From contig NIVC01005036.1 of assembly GCA_002269645.1 (NCBI GenBank), forward strand, positions 1 through 28,125: a stretch of DNA of 28,125 nucleotides, in the 5' to 3' direction. The DNA comes from Macrostomum lignano. Its lineage: Eukaryota. The stretch's first letter is position 1. Every line of letters begins with the position of its first letter. A program made the position numbers and the translations under genes. The notes beneath the pieces were generated by a model. That model searched no databases and had not been told where the DNA came from. It saw nothing but the letters and a program-made list of their open reading frames with translations. Below are positions 8,495-20,440 of the stretch, piece by piece.

Positions 8495-10269
8495 GGCTGC
8501 AGTTGGTTTGAGTTTAAATTTAATTTATTTAGTTTGAATTTAAAAGAAATGAAGAGTTAATTTTTTCAAAGTATAAGAAAGCCTTATAAAAATGTTGATA
8601 GAGTGAAAAGCTGAGGTTTTAATAGAATTTTTAAATGTTTATTGCAAAGTAAAAAAATCATCACAATTTAACTCAATTCTTATCCTATATTTTATCAATT
8701 GAAAATGAAAAGATATTTTCATATTATGAATTTATCAAACTTCAGCATAAATGAAGTTAAAGTGACAATAAACAACTTCATTAACTTTCAGTCAGTAGAC
8801 TTTATTCATAATATGATTACTTTTGTATTTTATTAGTTTCATTCTAGCAAATTTGGTAATTGTTTTAATTCCAATCAATCTAGTTGGGTCTTGAACTTAT
8901 TTACATGGATAAAATAGATTCCCTGAGAAGCTAGTTTATCAGAGTATCACGTTTTTGGAAATTTTGGTAATCAAAAAGTGTACAACACTTAAAAAATGAA
9001 TATAGCTGCATAATTGTAGCTACTAAAATATCATATACAATGCTAATGAAAATGAAAAGTAATGACTTGCTATTCCATAATATTGTACAAGGGGCTCCTA
9101 ATGACATTTGATAACATAATTCACAAATTACAATGACGACAGAGTGAGAAATTTAATGTGCATAAATGCCGGTAAACCTGGTGCAATTTGGCAAGAAGTT
9201 AATAACTGACCTAATAATATCTGATATCTAATATCTGATTTCGAACGGCATATGCTCAGTTCATGAGCTCAAATCTACGCATTGACAATTGTAACTTTGG
9301 CTATTTATTTTACAATATAATGGCTTCTGAAAGAGTAAATTGAATCGGTAATAAATTCACTTCGTTGTTATTGTAAACCAACTATAACAAAATATCATAA
9401 CGTGGTGACAAAAATTTAGCAAAATCTATACAGTTCATTAAAAAAACTATTAATACAGAAAGTTTTGTTAACGTGGAAAATTAAATCAGCATTGAAACTA
9501 AATACTAGCTAAAACATGGATCTGGAGAAGACGGTATCACAGGGTAGCCAAAAATTGCTTAAGAATTGCTTTATAATAATAATTCTCAAAGAACTTTCAA
9601 ATGCTCATTATACAACGAGTACCTTGTACTGTACATATTCGATCTATATATCAGACTTCGTACATTACTCGTTACATTTTTAAGTGTGAAATAAGAAAGC
9701 TCCCTACTTGCAGCTAAGCATGCAGCTTGATTTAGCCAATATACATGTAGTTTACACGCTTGCATACAATTAGTAGTACACCTTGTATATCAACTCGACT
9801 TCACTCGAATTCATCGGCCGAAAAACTATATCGTATACCTTAGTACTATAGCTAGCTGTAGCGAGAAAATTTTTCCAGCAAAGTGAATCTTCTCGTCCTG
9901 CAAAGCATGGGCACGCGCTCCCCAGCCTCCTCTGAGCTCAGCGCCGAGTGTGGGGATTCAGTTAACTAGCCATATATGTATGCGAGCAGGCCATGGCAGA
10001 CTGAAGCCCTTGCACCGATATGACCAGTAATAAGCAAAGCAACTTTTCTACTCTCTCTAAATGCTTGACAGCACTGCGACACAATTTTGCTTGCGACGAA
10101 GAAAATTGGTTCACAACAATGTTGAGCAGGGACGAACTTGGCGGCTCGCTAGGGCTGGCATGCCCAAATCTCGGCATTATTAGTCTCCATCCACAATCGT
10201 TATGGCTTATATGTACACAACTGTACATTCTTGGCACCTCTGCAAAGTCCCACCTAAGTACTTGCATAG

Positions 10270-10432
10270 TCTCATCTTATCGCCTCGTAAAACTCCATCT
10301 TATCAACTTGTAAAGTCCCATCTTATCGACTTGTAAAGTCCCATCTTATCGACTTGTAAAGTCCCATCTTATCGACTTGTAAAGTCCCATCTTATCGACT
10401 TGTAAAGTCCCATCTTATCACCCTAAGTCCCA
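10270..10432. repeat. 23-bp minisatellite (CATCTTATCGACTTGTAAAGTCC), ~6 copies
   Basis: Direct reading; period 23 (tcttatcgac at 10321, 10344). Confidence 0.92.
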
Positions 10433-10820
10433 TGTGTGGAGAGCTACCAATAATAGTACAAAGCGTGGGTTCGCTTGTACTATTGGTACTTGTTGATTCG
10501 CTTCGATAAAATCAGTTCAGCGAAACGAGCAAAGAAAGTAAAAGAAATTTAGGATGCTTTCTCTACTCTCAGCAGCTCTCTAAGCCTGCCATACATGCGC
10601 TCCAATAGCTTCTGCTCAGTCAGGTGTGTCTTCTAGTAAGAGAAGAAATGGAAAGTGGAAGGGCCTGAGAAGGACAGGCCAAATACTCTCGCACATAACC
10701 GGAGTGTGCTATAGATCAGTCTGCCTTGAAAGCAGTGTACAGAAATTGTTATTGAAGCTACAGATCTACGTGAATAAACTGATATAACTTTTCTAAAATA
10801 AATAAATGCCTTGAATATTT

Positions 10821-11335
<515 letters not shown>

Positions 11336-11864
11336 GTAAAGACACGGTCGCCAGCCCTCCCTGACCGCTCCGCGAGCTCAGAGCCGCTCAGACCAGCCAC
11401 TCGCACGCACACCGTACAGTGCAGCAATAGCGAGAAATGCAATAGCGAATAGCGAAACTCTCGTCTGCTCCTGTATTTGATTCCCAATTTTTTCCGCATA
11501 AGTGAAAACCGGTTCCTCTAAGAAGATTGTTGCTATGCAGTAGAGAGAGCGCGAGGGAGAGAAACTTCCTGAGCACAACTGAGAATGGTGCGTGGCAAGT
11601 TTTGAAGACTACAAACAGAAGACTTTCCACCCACGCTTTCAGCAGCGGGGGCTGCTCAAGCTCAAGGGCTCTGTTATTACCCGGGCTGAATGGACACGGG
11701 CGAGAGTGAACTCTCTGGGCTTTCTACAGAAAAGTGAACCAAACTGCTGGATTAAAGGTTAAATACTGCTAGGTAGAATGGCAAAACTGAATAGTAAAAG
11801 CTGCTTGAAAGCTTAAGGAAAAAATGATGAGGGGGTAAAAGTGAAAGGGAGATAGAAAGAGGGA

Positions 11865-12170
11865 GGTGGGAAGTGGGAGGTGGGAGGTGGAAAGAGGGAG
11901 ATGGGAAGAGGGAGAGGGGAAGAGGGAGAGGGGAAGAGGGAGAGGGGAAGAGGGAGAGGGGAAGAGGGAGAGGGGAAGATGGAGAGGGGAAGAGGGAGAG
12001 GGGAAGAGGGAGAGGGGAAGAGGGAGAGGGGAAGAGGGAGAGGGGAAGAGGGAGATGGGAAGAGGGAGAGAGGAAGAGGGAGAGGGGAAGAGGGAGAGGG
12101 GAAGAGGGAGAGGGGGAAGAGGGAGATGGGAAGTGGGAGGTGGGAAGAGGGAGGTGGGAAGAGAGAGATG
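11865..12170. repeat. 14-bp polypurine minisatellite (GGGGAAGAGGGAGA)
   Basis: Direct reading. Confidence 0.95.
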
Positions 12171-12659
12171 GGAGGATGGGGATGCGAAGAAGTATGAAGT
12201 AGGGGCTTAGCTAGGCAGAATGCAACATAACTGGTCAAATATAATGTAAGCAGCCACAAGTGCATTTGCGCATGGTAGCAAGCAGGCAATCTGGCACCGT
12301 GCATGCACAAAACAGAATTTCTGGGCAAAAAAGGTGGAACTGTTTACGTCTTAGGCATGCAGTCAGTCTTAACCAGCCCCAGTGCGGGATCCTCCTAGTG
12401 TGGATTGCCCCGCCCTTTTCTTTTCCAGAGACGAGAGAATTTCTACTAGAAATAATGCACTCCCAACCTGGGCTTGGGGCCCTTAATTCGGCTCCATTTG
12501 CTACTGTCTGGGAGCTGCGTCCTTCTCAATTGATATACACTGTCAGGCGCATTATTCACTAACAAATCAGCCACTTGATTCTCCTCTCATCCTCTCACTC
12601 TCTCACTCTTTTCCTCATCAAAGTCCCCCACGCCACAGCCTCCGCACCCCCTCATAGCA

Positions 12660-12860
12660 ACCAAATTCGAGACTCCGATGCTGCGCACTTGACGCGCGCG
12701 CGCGGGCACACGTTAAAGCGCGGGCCTCCCTGCTGAGAGGGGGCGGGGGAGGCAAAAGGGAAGGGGAAACGAGGAGAAAAGACGGGAGACAACCGGGAGT
12801 TGGCCATTGGGGACCAGTGGGCAAGCTGACCAAGGATTGGGCGGTCCGGCCTCTCCTGCC
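12660..12860 (+). promoter_or_regulatory. Possible CpG-rich promoter region of the plus-strand gene (GC box, inverted CCAAT boxes)
   Basis: GCGCGCGCGC tract, GGGGCGGGG at 12740..12748, two ATTGG; lies upstream of the candidate first coding exon. Confidence 0.3.
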
Positions 12861-13003
12861 CCATTCGATCCCCAGACTTTTCTCTCTCTCTTTCTTTTTC
12901 CCAGCGAAAAAAATAGGAAGAATCATTCTTGGTTAAATGGGACATTGAGTTCCCTGAAATGCGCTTTTCTCATCCAGCCGTCTCATCCGACTAACCCGAG
13001 TTG

Positions 13004-13083
13004 ATGACGAGAAAGTCGGGCAGCTTTCGAAACCCGGCAGCCGAGGGCAGGGTCTGGCTGAGCAGACTCAAACGGCTGTTTTT

Positions 13084-13114
<31 letters not shown>

Positions 13115-13357
13115 AGGAACTCAGAACAAAGAATTCGCGATTTCGGTCGGTGCAGATCCCAGCAGCAGCCTCTGAGAAGCCAGAGCCGGTCACCGCTGCA
13201 CCAGATCACCCCATCTTCGACCCTGATCGAGGTCGAGTCTGAAGAGCACGACGGTCGAATGACACCGCGAAGTCCGCTGAGGAAGCTGCTCAGCTTGCAG
13301 CACGGCAGTCAGGCGTGCGATGGCGCGGCGGCTGGCAACTGCGAGGCGCGACATACT
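13004..13357 (+). CDS. Probable first coding exon of an unidentified plus-strand gene; N-terminal basic segment plus 9-Cys string
   Basis: Acceptor cttttctcatccag| at 12977, in-frame TAA at 12992 just upstream of ATG 13004, 118 open GC3-rich codons, donor ACT|GTGAGC at 13358. All three minus-strand frames contain stops. Confidence 0.6.
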
Positions 13358-13376
13358 GTGAGCAGATGGGTTCCGC

Positions 13377-14123
13377 GGGATCTGGGATCGGGGATCTGGG
13401 ATCAGGGATCTGGGATCGGGGATCTGGGATCGGGGATCTGGGATCGGGGATCTGGGATCGGGGATCTGGGATCGGGGATCTGGGATCGGGGATCTGGGAT
13501 CGGGGATCTGGGATCGGGGATCTGGGATCGGGGATCTGGGATCGGGGATATGGGATCGGGGATCTGGGATCGGGGATATGGGATCGGGGATCTGGGATCG
13601 GGGATCTGGGATCGGGGATCTGGGATCGGGGATCTGGGATCGGGGATCTGGGATCAGGGATCTGGGATCGGGGATCTGGGATCGGGGATCTGGGATCGGG
13701 GATCTGGGATCGGGGATCTGGGATCGGGGATCTGGGATCGGGGATCTGGGATCTGGGATCTGGGATCGGGGATCTGGGATCGGGGATCTGGGATTGGGGA
13801 TCTGGGATCGGGGATCTGGGATCGGGGATCTGGGATCGGGGATCTGGGATCGGGGATCTGGGATCGGGAATCTGGGATCGGGGATCTGGGATCGGGGATC
13901 TGGGATCGGGGATCTGGGATCGGGGATCGGGGATCGGGGATCTGGGATCGGGGATCGGGGATCGGGGATCGGGGATCTGGGATCGGGGATCTGGGATCGG
14001 GGATCGGGGATCGGGGATCTGGGATCGGGGATCGGGGATCGGGGATCGGGGATCGGGGATCTGGGATCGGGGATCTGGGATCGGGGATCTGGGATCGGGG
14101 ATCTGGGATCGGGGATCTGGGAT
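13377..14123. repeat. 7/14-bp G-rich minisatellite (GGGATCT-GGGATCG), ~105 heptamers
   Basis: Direct reading; starts 19 nt after the donor at 13358. Confidence 0.98.
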
Positions 14124-14435
14124 TCAACTTTTTGCCGTTTCGCTATCCATGAAGGAAATCAGTACACGGGGATCATAATGCATAATTTACATGTGCAATC
14201 GAGTTTCAAAAATTGGTAATTCAATGATGTGAGGACTTGAGGTTATCTCTAACCTACTGGCTTTCCATTGCTCGACTGTTGCCATCAATCAAAGACGGTT
14301 TCAGAATATCGACTCCTAACATTGATTCTGTTAGCCACAATCAGATTTGGGTGTCGGATATTGGTGGTCCGGAAAAGTTCCTCTATTCGAAATGGACGAT
14401 CAAATTCTAATCAAAGAAAGTGACGCTTAATTTCA

Positions 14436-15598
14436 AGCAGTGGCGCCAAATTCTAGACAGAGGCGCATCATTTTAGGCAGCGGCGCCCAATTTGAGACAG
14501 TGGCGCCAAATTTTAGGCAGTGGCGCCCAATTTTAGGCAGCGGCGCCCAATTTTAGGCAGTGGCGCCCAATTTTAGGCAGCGGCGCCCAATTTTAGGCAG
14601 TGGCACGCAAATTTTAGGCAGCGGCGCCCAATTTTATGTAATGGCGCCAAATTTAAGGCTTTGGCGCTTAATTTTAGGCAGCGGCGCCCAATATGAGACA
14701 GTGGCGCCCAATTTTAGACAGTGGCGCATACCTGGTAATTTGAGGCAGTGGCGCATCATTTTAGGCAGCGGCGCCCAATTTAAGACAGTGGCGCCCAATT
14801 TTAGGCAGTGGCGCTCAATTTAAGACAGTGGCGCTAAATTTTAGACAGTGGCGCCCAATTTTAGACAGTGGCGCCCAATTTTAGGCAGTGGCGCATCATT
14901 TTAGGCAGTGGCGCGAAATTTTAGACAGCGGCGCCCAATTTTAGGCAGCGGCGCCCAATTTAAGGCAGCGGCGCCCAATTTAAGGCAGCGGCGCCCAATT
15001 TAAGGCAGCGGCGCCCAATTTTAGACAGTGGCGCTAAATTTTAGACAGTGGCGCCCAATTTTAGACAGTGGCGCCCAATTTTAGGCAGTGGCGCATCATT
15101 TTAGGCAGTGGCGCGAAATTTTAGACAGCGGCGCCCAATTTTAGGCAGTGGCGCCCAATTTAAGGCAGCGGCGCCCAATTTAAGGCAGCGGCGCCCAATT
15201 TAAGGCAGTGGCGCCCAATTTAAGGCAGCGGCGCCCAATTTAAGGCAGTGGCGCCCAATTTAAGGCAGCGGCGCCCAATTTAAGGCAGCGGCGTCCAATT
15301 TAAGGCAGCGGCGCCCAATTTTAGGCAGTGGCGCCCAATTTAAGGCAGCGGCGCCCAATTTAAGGCAGCGGCGCCCAATTTAAGGCAGCGGCGCCCAATT
15401 TAAGGCAGTGGCGCCCAATTTAAGGCAGCGGCGCCCAATTTAAGGCAGCGGCGCCCAATTTAAGGCAGCGGCGCCCAATTTAAGGCAGCGGCGCCCAATT
15501 TAAGGCAGCGGCGCCCAATTTTAGGCAGCGGCGCCCAATTTAAGGCAGCGGCGCCCAATTTAAGGCAGCGGCGCCCTATCTGAGACAGTGAAGCCCAA
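14436..15598. repeat. 20-bp minisatellite (GGCGCCCAATTTTAGGCAGC), ~58 copies, containing a 200-bp higher-order duplication
   Basis: Direct reading; the diagnostic variant block at 14821 recurs at 15021. Confidence 0.97.
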
Positions 15599-16054
15599 TT
15601 TTCGACGATTGCATCGAATTAAAACCTTGTTTTTCTAGCTTACAAGCGTATTAGAACATAATATTTATAAAACTGAGGATAAACTCGTGCCCTGAAGACT
15701 GGGCCGCTTGTTTAGGATGTTAATCCACTAATCCGCAGATTTTCGCCATCCGCTTGACAACCAGAAGCAGAAATTCAAAGCATTTCAGTCAACAAAATCT
15801 GTCAGGTTTCTTCTTGTGTCTGACCAAGTGATTTGGCGTTTGTACTAAGGGAGGATTAGCAGCTGACTAAAGAGGTGGATTAAAGATATTTCTAAATCCC
15901 TACTGTCGAGGGATTACGGGAATAAAATTGTCTGTCTGCCGGTAAGCTGGCGTAAAGTCGTGCCGTACCGAAAAATGTTTTCTTGCCACAAATGATTCTC
16001 TTTTTCGATCTATCCTGACGTGTATGGATGCAATGCGCATGCATGGCATGTCTT

Positions 16055-16908
16055 ACAGTGCCTGTCTCAGTGCCTGTCTCAGTGCCTGTCTTAGTGCCTG
16101 TCTCAGTGCCTGTCTCAGTGCCTGTCTTAGTGCCTGTCTCAGTGCCTGTCTCAGTGCCTGTCTTAGTGTCTGTCTTAGTGCCTGTCTCAGTGCCTGTCTC
16201 AGTGCCTGTCTCAGTGCCTGTCTCAGTGCCTGTCTCAGTGCCTGTCTCAGTGCCTGTCTCAGTGTCTGTCTCAGTGCCTGTCTCAGTGCCTGTCTTAGTG
16301 CCTGTCTCAGTGCCTGTCTCAGTGCCTGTCTCAGTGTCTGTCTTAGTGCCTGTCTCAGTGCCTGTCTCAGTGCCTATCTCAGTGTCTGTCTTAGTGCCTG
16401 TCTCAGTGCCTGTCTCAGTGCCTGTCTCAGTGCCTGTCTCAGTGCCTGTCTCAGTGCCTGTCTCAGTGCCTGTCTCAGTGTCTGTCTCAGTGTCTGTCTT
16501 AGTGCCTGTCTCAGTGTCTGTCTTAGTGTCTGTCTCAGTGTCTGTCTCAGTGTCTGTCTCAGTGCCTGTCTCAGTGTCTGTCTTAGTGCCTGTCTCAGTG
16601 TCTGTCTCAGTGCCTGTCTTAGTGCCTGTCTCAGTGTCTGTCTCAGTGCCTGTCTTAGTGCCTGTCTCAGTGTCTGTCTCAGTGTCTGTCTCAGTGCCTG
16701 TCTCAGTGTCTGTCTTAGTGCCTGTCTCAGTGCCTGTCTCAGTGCCTGTCTCAGTGCCTGTCTCAGTGCCTGTCTCAGTGCCTGTCTCAGTGTCTGTCTT
16801 AGTGCCTGTCTCAGTGCCTGTCTTAGTGTCTGTCTCAGTGTCTGTCTCAGTGTCTGTCTCAGTGTCTGTCTCAGTGCCTGTCTTAGTGCCTGTCTCAGTG
16901 TCTGTCTC
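16055..16908. repeat. 12-bp minisatellite (CAGTGCCTGTCT), ~71 copies
   Basis: Direct reading. Confidence 0.98.
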
Positions 16909-17689
16909 AATGTCTTGCCAAGCGTCCGTATTAGTGTCTGTCTGTTGTATCGTTTTGATTCTTTTCAGTCATTTTTTAATCAAAGCTACAATAGGCTTAT
17001 ATTGCTACTTTCAATACTTGAAGTAGTAACAAAGAAAAAGTTGAATCCGCAATTCCACCTATGAATCTTCTATCCATCATATTAAATGAAAATACTCATA
17101 GTAACACAGTGAAGTTTCTAAAACTTCCTCTATTAGACCAATTCGAATCGAAGTATCCGGTTGGCAAAATCTAGAAAGGTATTACACACTAAAGTGCATC
17201 CAATGCCCGACAGTTTCCCGTAATTAAGTAGTTCTACTGTTGTGTCTTACAAAAAATCAAACGTGTAAACAAAATCGGTCTCGAACTCGGCAAACGTTTG
17301 GAACCTGAGAATCTCGGCGCAGCCTACAGTAACCCGATAGCCCAGGCAGGACTTTCGAGAGTCGCGACTGAAGCGATCAATCATGCTGCAGAGCTGTCAA
17401 AGAGAGCTTGCTTTCTGCTTCAAAGAAACATTTAGCCAAAGTACGAGCTGGAAAGTACATTGCCGTACCCACAGTTTCGGCAGGGAAAACATTCTAATTT
17501 GATGCCCAATCAGGTTGAGGAAAAGAAATTAGAGATAAGAGATTATAGATTAGATATTAGTGAGATAGGATATGAGAGGTGTCCAAAAAGTGGAAAATCT
17601 TGTCGTTTATTTTACTAAAAACTTTCGTGCATATGTTAATTTAACAAGAAGTGGTGCTTACTTATTTCGCATACCACGTAATAATTTAC

Positions 17690-17841
17690 AACGTATTACA
17701 CTTGTCCTAATGGCCAGATATGCAACCGACAGCTCAGCCGCAGCTATTGCGCGGCGCATCTGAAGGCTGCGTACGGCTGTTCAGTCCAAGGACTGGGAGG
17801 TCGCCACACACACCCTCAATTACCCCAGCTAATTCTGGCAC
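17690..17841 (-). mobile_element. 3' body/tail of a CORE-type tRNA-SINE, separated from its head by a MITE insertion
   Basis: Removing 17842..18530 joins ...CTGTGAAATGG to GTGCCAGAA..., extending the CORE-like AAATGGG; AT-rich tail near 17680-17700. The distal boundary is approximate. Confidence 0.45.
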
Positions 17842-17912
17842 CAGGGGCATCGCCATGGATTTTATGGTGGGGGACAAAGCCAAGAATTCAACATGTAAAT
17901 GTACATGACTAA

Positions 17913-18365
17913 ATTTTGGCACTCATTTTGGCGCCGCAGGCATTCCTTTTAGCGCCGCAGGCATTCATTTTGGCGCTGCAGGCACTCATTTTGGCGCCGC
18001 GGCGCCGCAGGCATTCCTTTTAGCGCCACAGGCATTCATTTTGGCGCCGCAGGCACTCATTTTGGTGCCGCAGGCATTCCTTTTAGCGCCGCAGGCATTC
18101 CTTTTAGCGCCACAGGCATTCATTTTGGCGCCGCAGGCACTCATTTTGGTGCCGCAGGCATTCCTTTTAGCGCCGCAGGCATTCATTTTGGCGCCGCAGG
18201 CACTCATTTTGGCGCCGCAGGCACTCATTTTGGCGCCGCAGGCACTCATTTTGGCGCCGCAGGCATTCATTTTGGCGCTGCGGGCATTCCTTTTAGCGCC
18301 GCAGGCACTCATTTTAGCACCGCAGGCATTCATTTTGGCGCCGCGGGCATTCCTTTTGGCGCCGC
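17913..18365. repeat. 21-bp minisatellite (TTTTGGCGCCGCAGGCACTCA), ~21 copies, inside the MITE
   Basis: Direct reading. Confidence 0.95.
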
Positions 18366-18506
18366 GGACATATCCCCCCCAGAGCTTTTACTGGGGGACA
18401 TGTCCCCCCCAGAGCTTTTACTGGGGGGACATGTCCCCCCCAGAGCTTTTACTGGGGGGACATGTCCCCCCCCCAGAGCTTTTACTGGGGGGACATGTCC
18501 CCCCCC
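18366..18506. repeat. 30-33-bp palindromic subterminal repeat (GGGGGGACATGTCCCCCCCAGAGCTTTTACT), ~4.5 copies
   Basis: Each unit contains the palindrome GGGGGACATGTCCCCC and the inverted pair CCCCCAG...CTGGGGG. Confidence 0.92.
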
Positions 18507-18530
18507 GGTGGCGACGCGCCTGCCTGGCGC

Positions 18531-18668
18531 CCATTTCACAGCTGGGTGAGCTGAAGCAATGCAGAGTTAAGTGTCTTGCTCAAGGACACAAATTGTTCTG
18601 AGTAGGTCAAGAATCGAACCCCCGACCTTTCTCAGTCTGCTACAAGAGCACTTAGGCCTATGATGGAC
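18531..18668 (-). mobile_element. tRNA-derived head plus CORE domain of a CORE-type SINE
   Basis: Minus strand reads ...AAGGTCGGGGGTTCGATTC (B box 18620..18611) then TTGTGTCCTTGAGCAAGACACTTAACTCTGCATTGCTTCAGCTCACCCAGCTGTGAAATGG, closely resembling the MIR/CORE consensus TGTGTGACCTTGGGCAAGTCACTTAACCTCTCTGAGCCTCAGTTTCCTCATCTGTAAAATGGG. Confidence 0.72.
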
Positions 18669-18890
18669 AATAGAGTTACAAAAAGGGTTGTAAGAGAATA
18701 TCAAAGAAGATCCCTAGCAGCGCTTTTGAGCATGACCTTGAAATGAAACTTGCCAGAGTTGCAATCGATCCAAAGGAAATTTGGTGGAGATGTATATGAG
18801 AAATCCGTAGGCAAAAGCACAATCGTATCACTACTTTTTGGACACCCCTCGTCGATGGAGAGCAGAGAGACAGAGTGACTTGCTGTAGGA
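18669..18890 (+). mobile_element. Possible decayed non-LTR retrotransposon (CR1/L2-like) ORF2 fragment
   Basis: Frameshifted, stop-containing translation ...FEHDLEMKLARVAIDPKEIWWRCI* resembles the endonuclease-RT linker motif EKKLA...PK.FWRYV; weak. Confidence 0.25.
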
Positions 18891-20062
18891 ATTAAGAGAA
18901 TTAATTAATGCAAATGCATTAATAAAAAAACATACAACATCTTCATATGCAAATTGGAGGCTTGACTACATTAGTCGGGGACGCGACCTTGCGGTTGTTG
19001 CCAAGAAGACTCCCAACCCGGCTTCAGTCTCACTTTTTAGCTCATTAGTTTGCTGATTACAGTAGCTTTCGATAATGGAGTCGCTTTGCTCGTAACTGGG
19101 TTTTGAGTGCTAAAATACGAGCGTATAACCAGCAAATTGAGTGCTAATTTTTAGTAGCTATGGAGATTAGGCTGAGCCAATCGAGATGACTTTGTATTGC
19201 TAGGTGAGTTGAGTTTGGTCAGGCCTAAGTGCTCTTGGGATTAGTTTTATCCTTGACATTGGGTAACTGCATGGCCAGGTCAAATTGCCCCAGGGAATCT
19301 GTGACTGCAATGTACTAATAAAGCAATGTCAAATAGAATTATGCTGCGACTGCAAGCGACTGCGACTTGTAAAGCTGTGAAGTCAAATGACCTTGAGCTC
19401 CGAGAAAAGTGATCATCTGACAAGAAATCATTGTGTGCCACTTAATCACGTGATCATCATTTGGGGAACCTAGACTTCTAAAAATCGTGAGTCATATGCG
19501 TGATACAAGGTCGATTGCCACGCATCGGCTGCGTGCTTGCAAATCACGTGATTAATCTGTGCTAAAAATAGACTACTAGATTGCATGAGTCATCCACTTT
19601 GGCCAGTCAAACGCTATATAGGGGCAGTAAAGGGTTGACGGTGGACTTATATAAACAGCAAACCAGACTAAAGCCAAAAAAACTTTTTCCTAGCAAAACA
19701 AACCAAGGGAAATCCCGTACGTACTTTTATCCACAAAAACAGGCCATTGTGTAAAATGTATTGCAAATTTAAATAAAGGCTCTTGGTCTGCAAAAATCTG
19801 ATGTTTGGCAATGATAAAACAAGCGAGCAAATGCGTTGTCTTTGGGAATTTGAGATGTTTAGCTGGCTTAGACGGTTGTGGGACCTGATGATATCTTCAC
19901 AACTCTGGTGCATATTTCAAAGTGGGGATTTAAATGAGCATTTTTGAAAAAATTAAAAAAAGCCAAAGGATGAATCGTTTGAATTTGCGCATCTACCAGA
20001 AATTAGATACTGCTTCTGTTGAAAACGCTTTTGTATAGAATTTACCGCCAACACCCATTCTG

Positions 20063-20440
20063 CTTCCATTTGGAGTTTGGCGCCAAGGTCTAAAGTAGCT
20101 TATGCTTTCATTTGGAGTTTGGCGCCAATGTCTAAAGTAGCTTATGCTTTCATTTGGAGTTTGGCGCCAATGCCTAAAGTAGCTTATGCTTCCATCTGGA
20201 GTTTGGCGCCAATGTCTAAAGTAGCTTATGCTTCCATCTGGAGTTTGGCGCCAATGTCTAATAGCTCCTGCTTCCATCTGGAGTTTAGCGCCAATGTCTA
20301 ATAGCTCCTGCTTCCATCTGGAGTTTAGCGCCAATGTCTAATAGCTCCTGCTTCCATCTGGAGTTTGGCGCCAATGTCTAATAGCTTATGCTTCCATCTA
20401 AAGTTTGGCGCCAATGTCTAAAGTAGCTTATGCTTCCGTC
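20063..20440. repeat. 42/40-bp minisatellite (CATCTGGAGTTTGGCGCCAATGTCTAAAGTAGCTTATGCTTC), ~9 copies
   Basis: ttggcgcc at 20161 and 20203 (period 42); later units are 40 bp. Confidence 0.95.

Larger units (their letters stand above)
17842..18522. mobile_element. 681-bp non-autonomous hAT-like DNA transposon (MITE) with internal tandem arrays
   Basis: Imperfect 14-bp TIRs: CAGGGGCATCGCCA (17842..17855) vs reverse complement CAGGCGCGTCGCCA (18509..18522), 12/14 identical, both followed by GGGGGACA. 8-bp flanks TCTGGCAC (17834..17841) and CCTGGCGC (18523..18530) differ by two transitions. Confidence 0.7.

Noticed and set aside
12991-13209. Minus-strand poly-Gln ORF
   Set aside because: All minus frames are interrupted across 13004..13357, while the plus frame is open and bounded by splice signals
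17232-17447. ATG-less open frame FYCCVLQKIKRVNKIGLELGKRLEPENLGAAY... as a phase-0/1 exon
   Set aside because: Acceptor and donor (GTAACC) are weak and there is no recognisable homology
19621-19638. GGCAGTAAAGGGTTGA resembling a piggyBac right end
   Set aside because: The TTAA site is imperfect and no matching left end was found nearby
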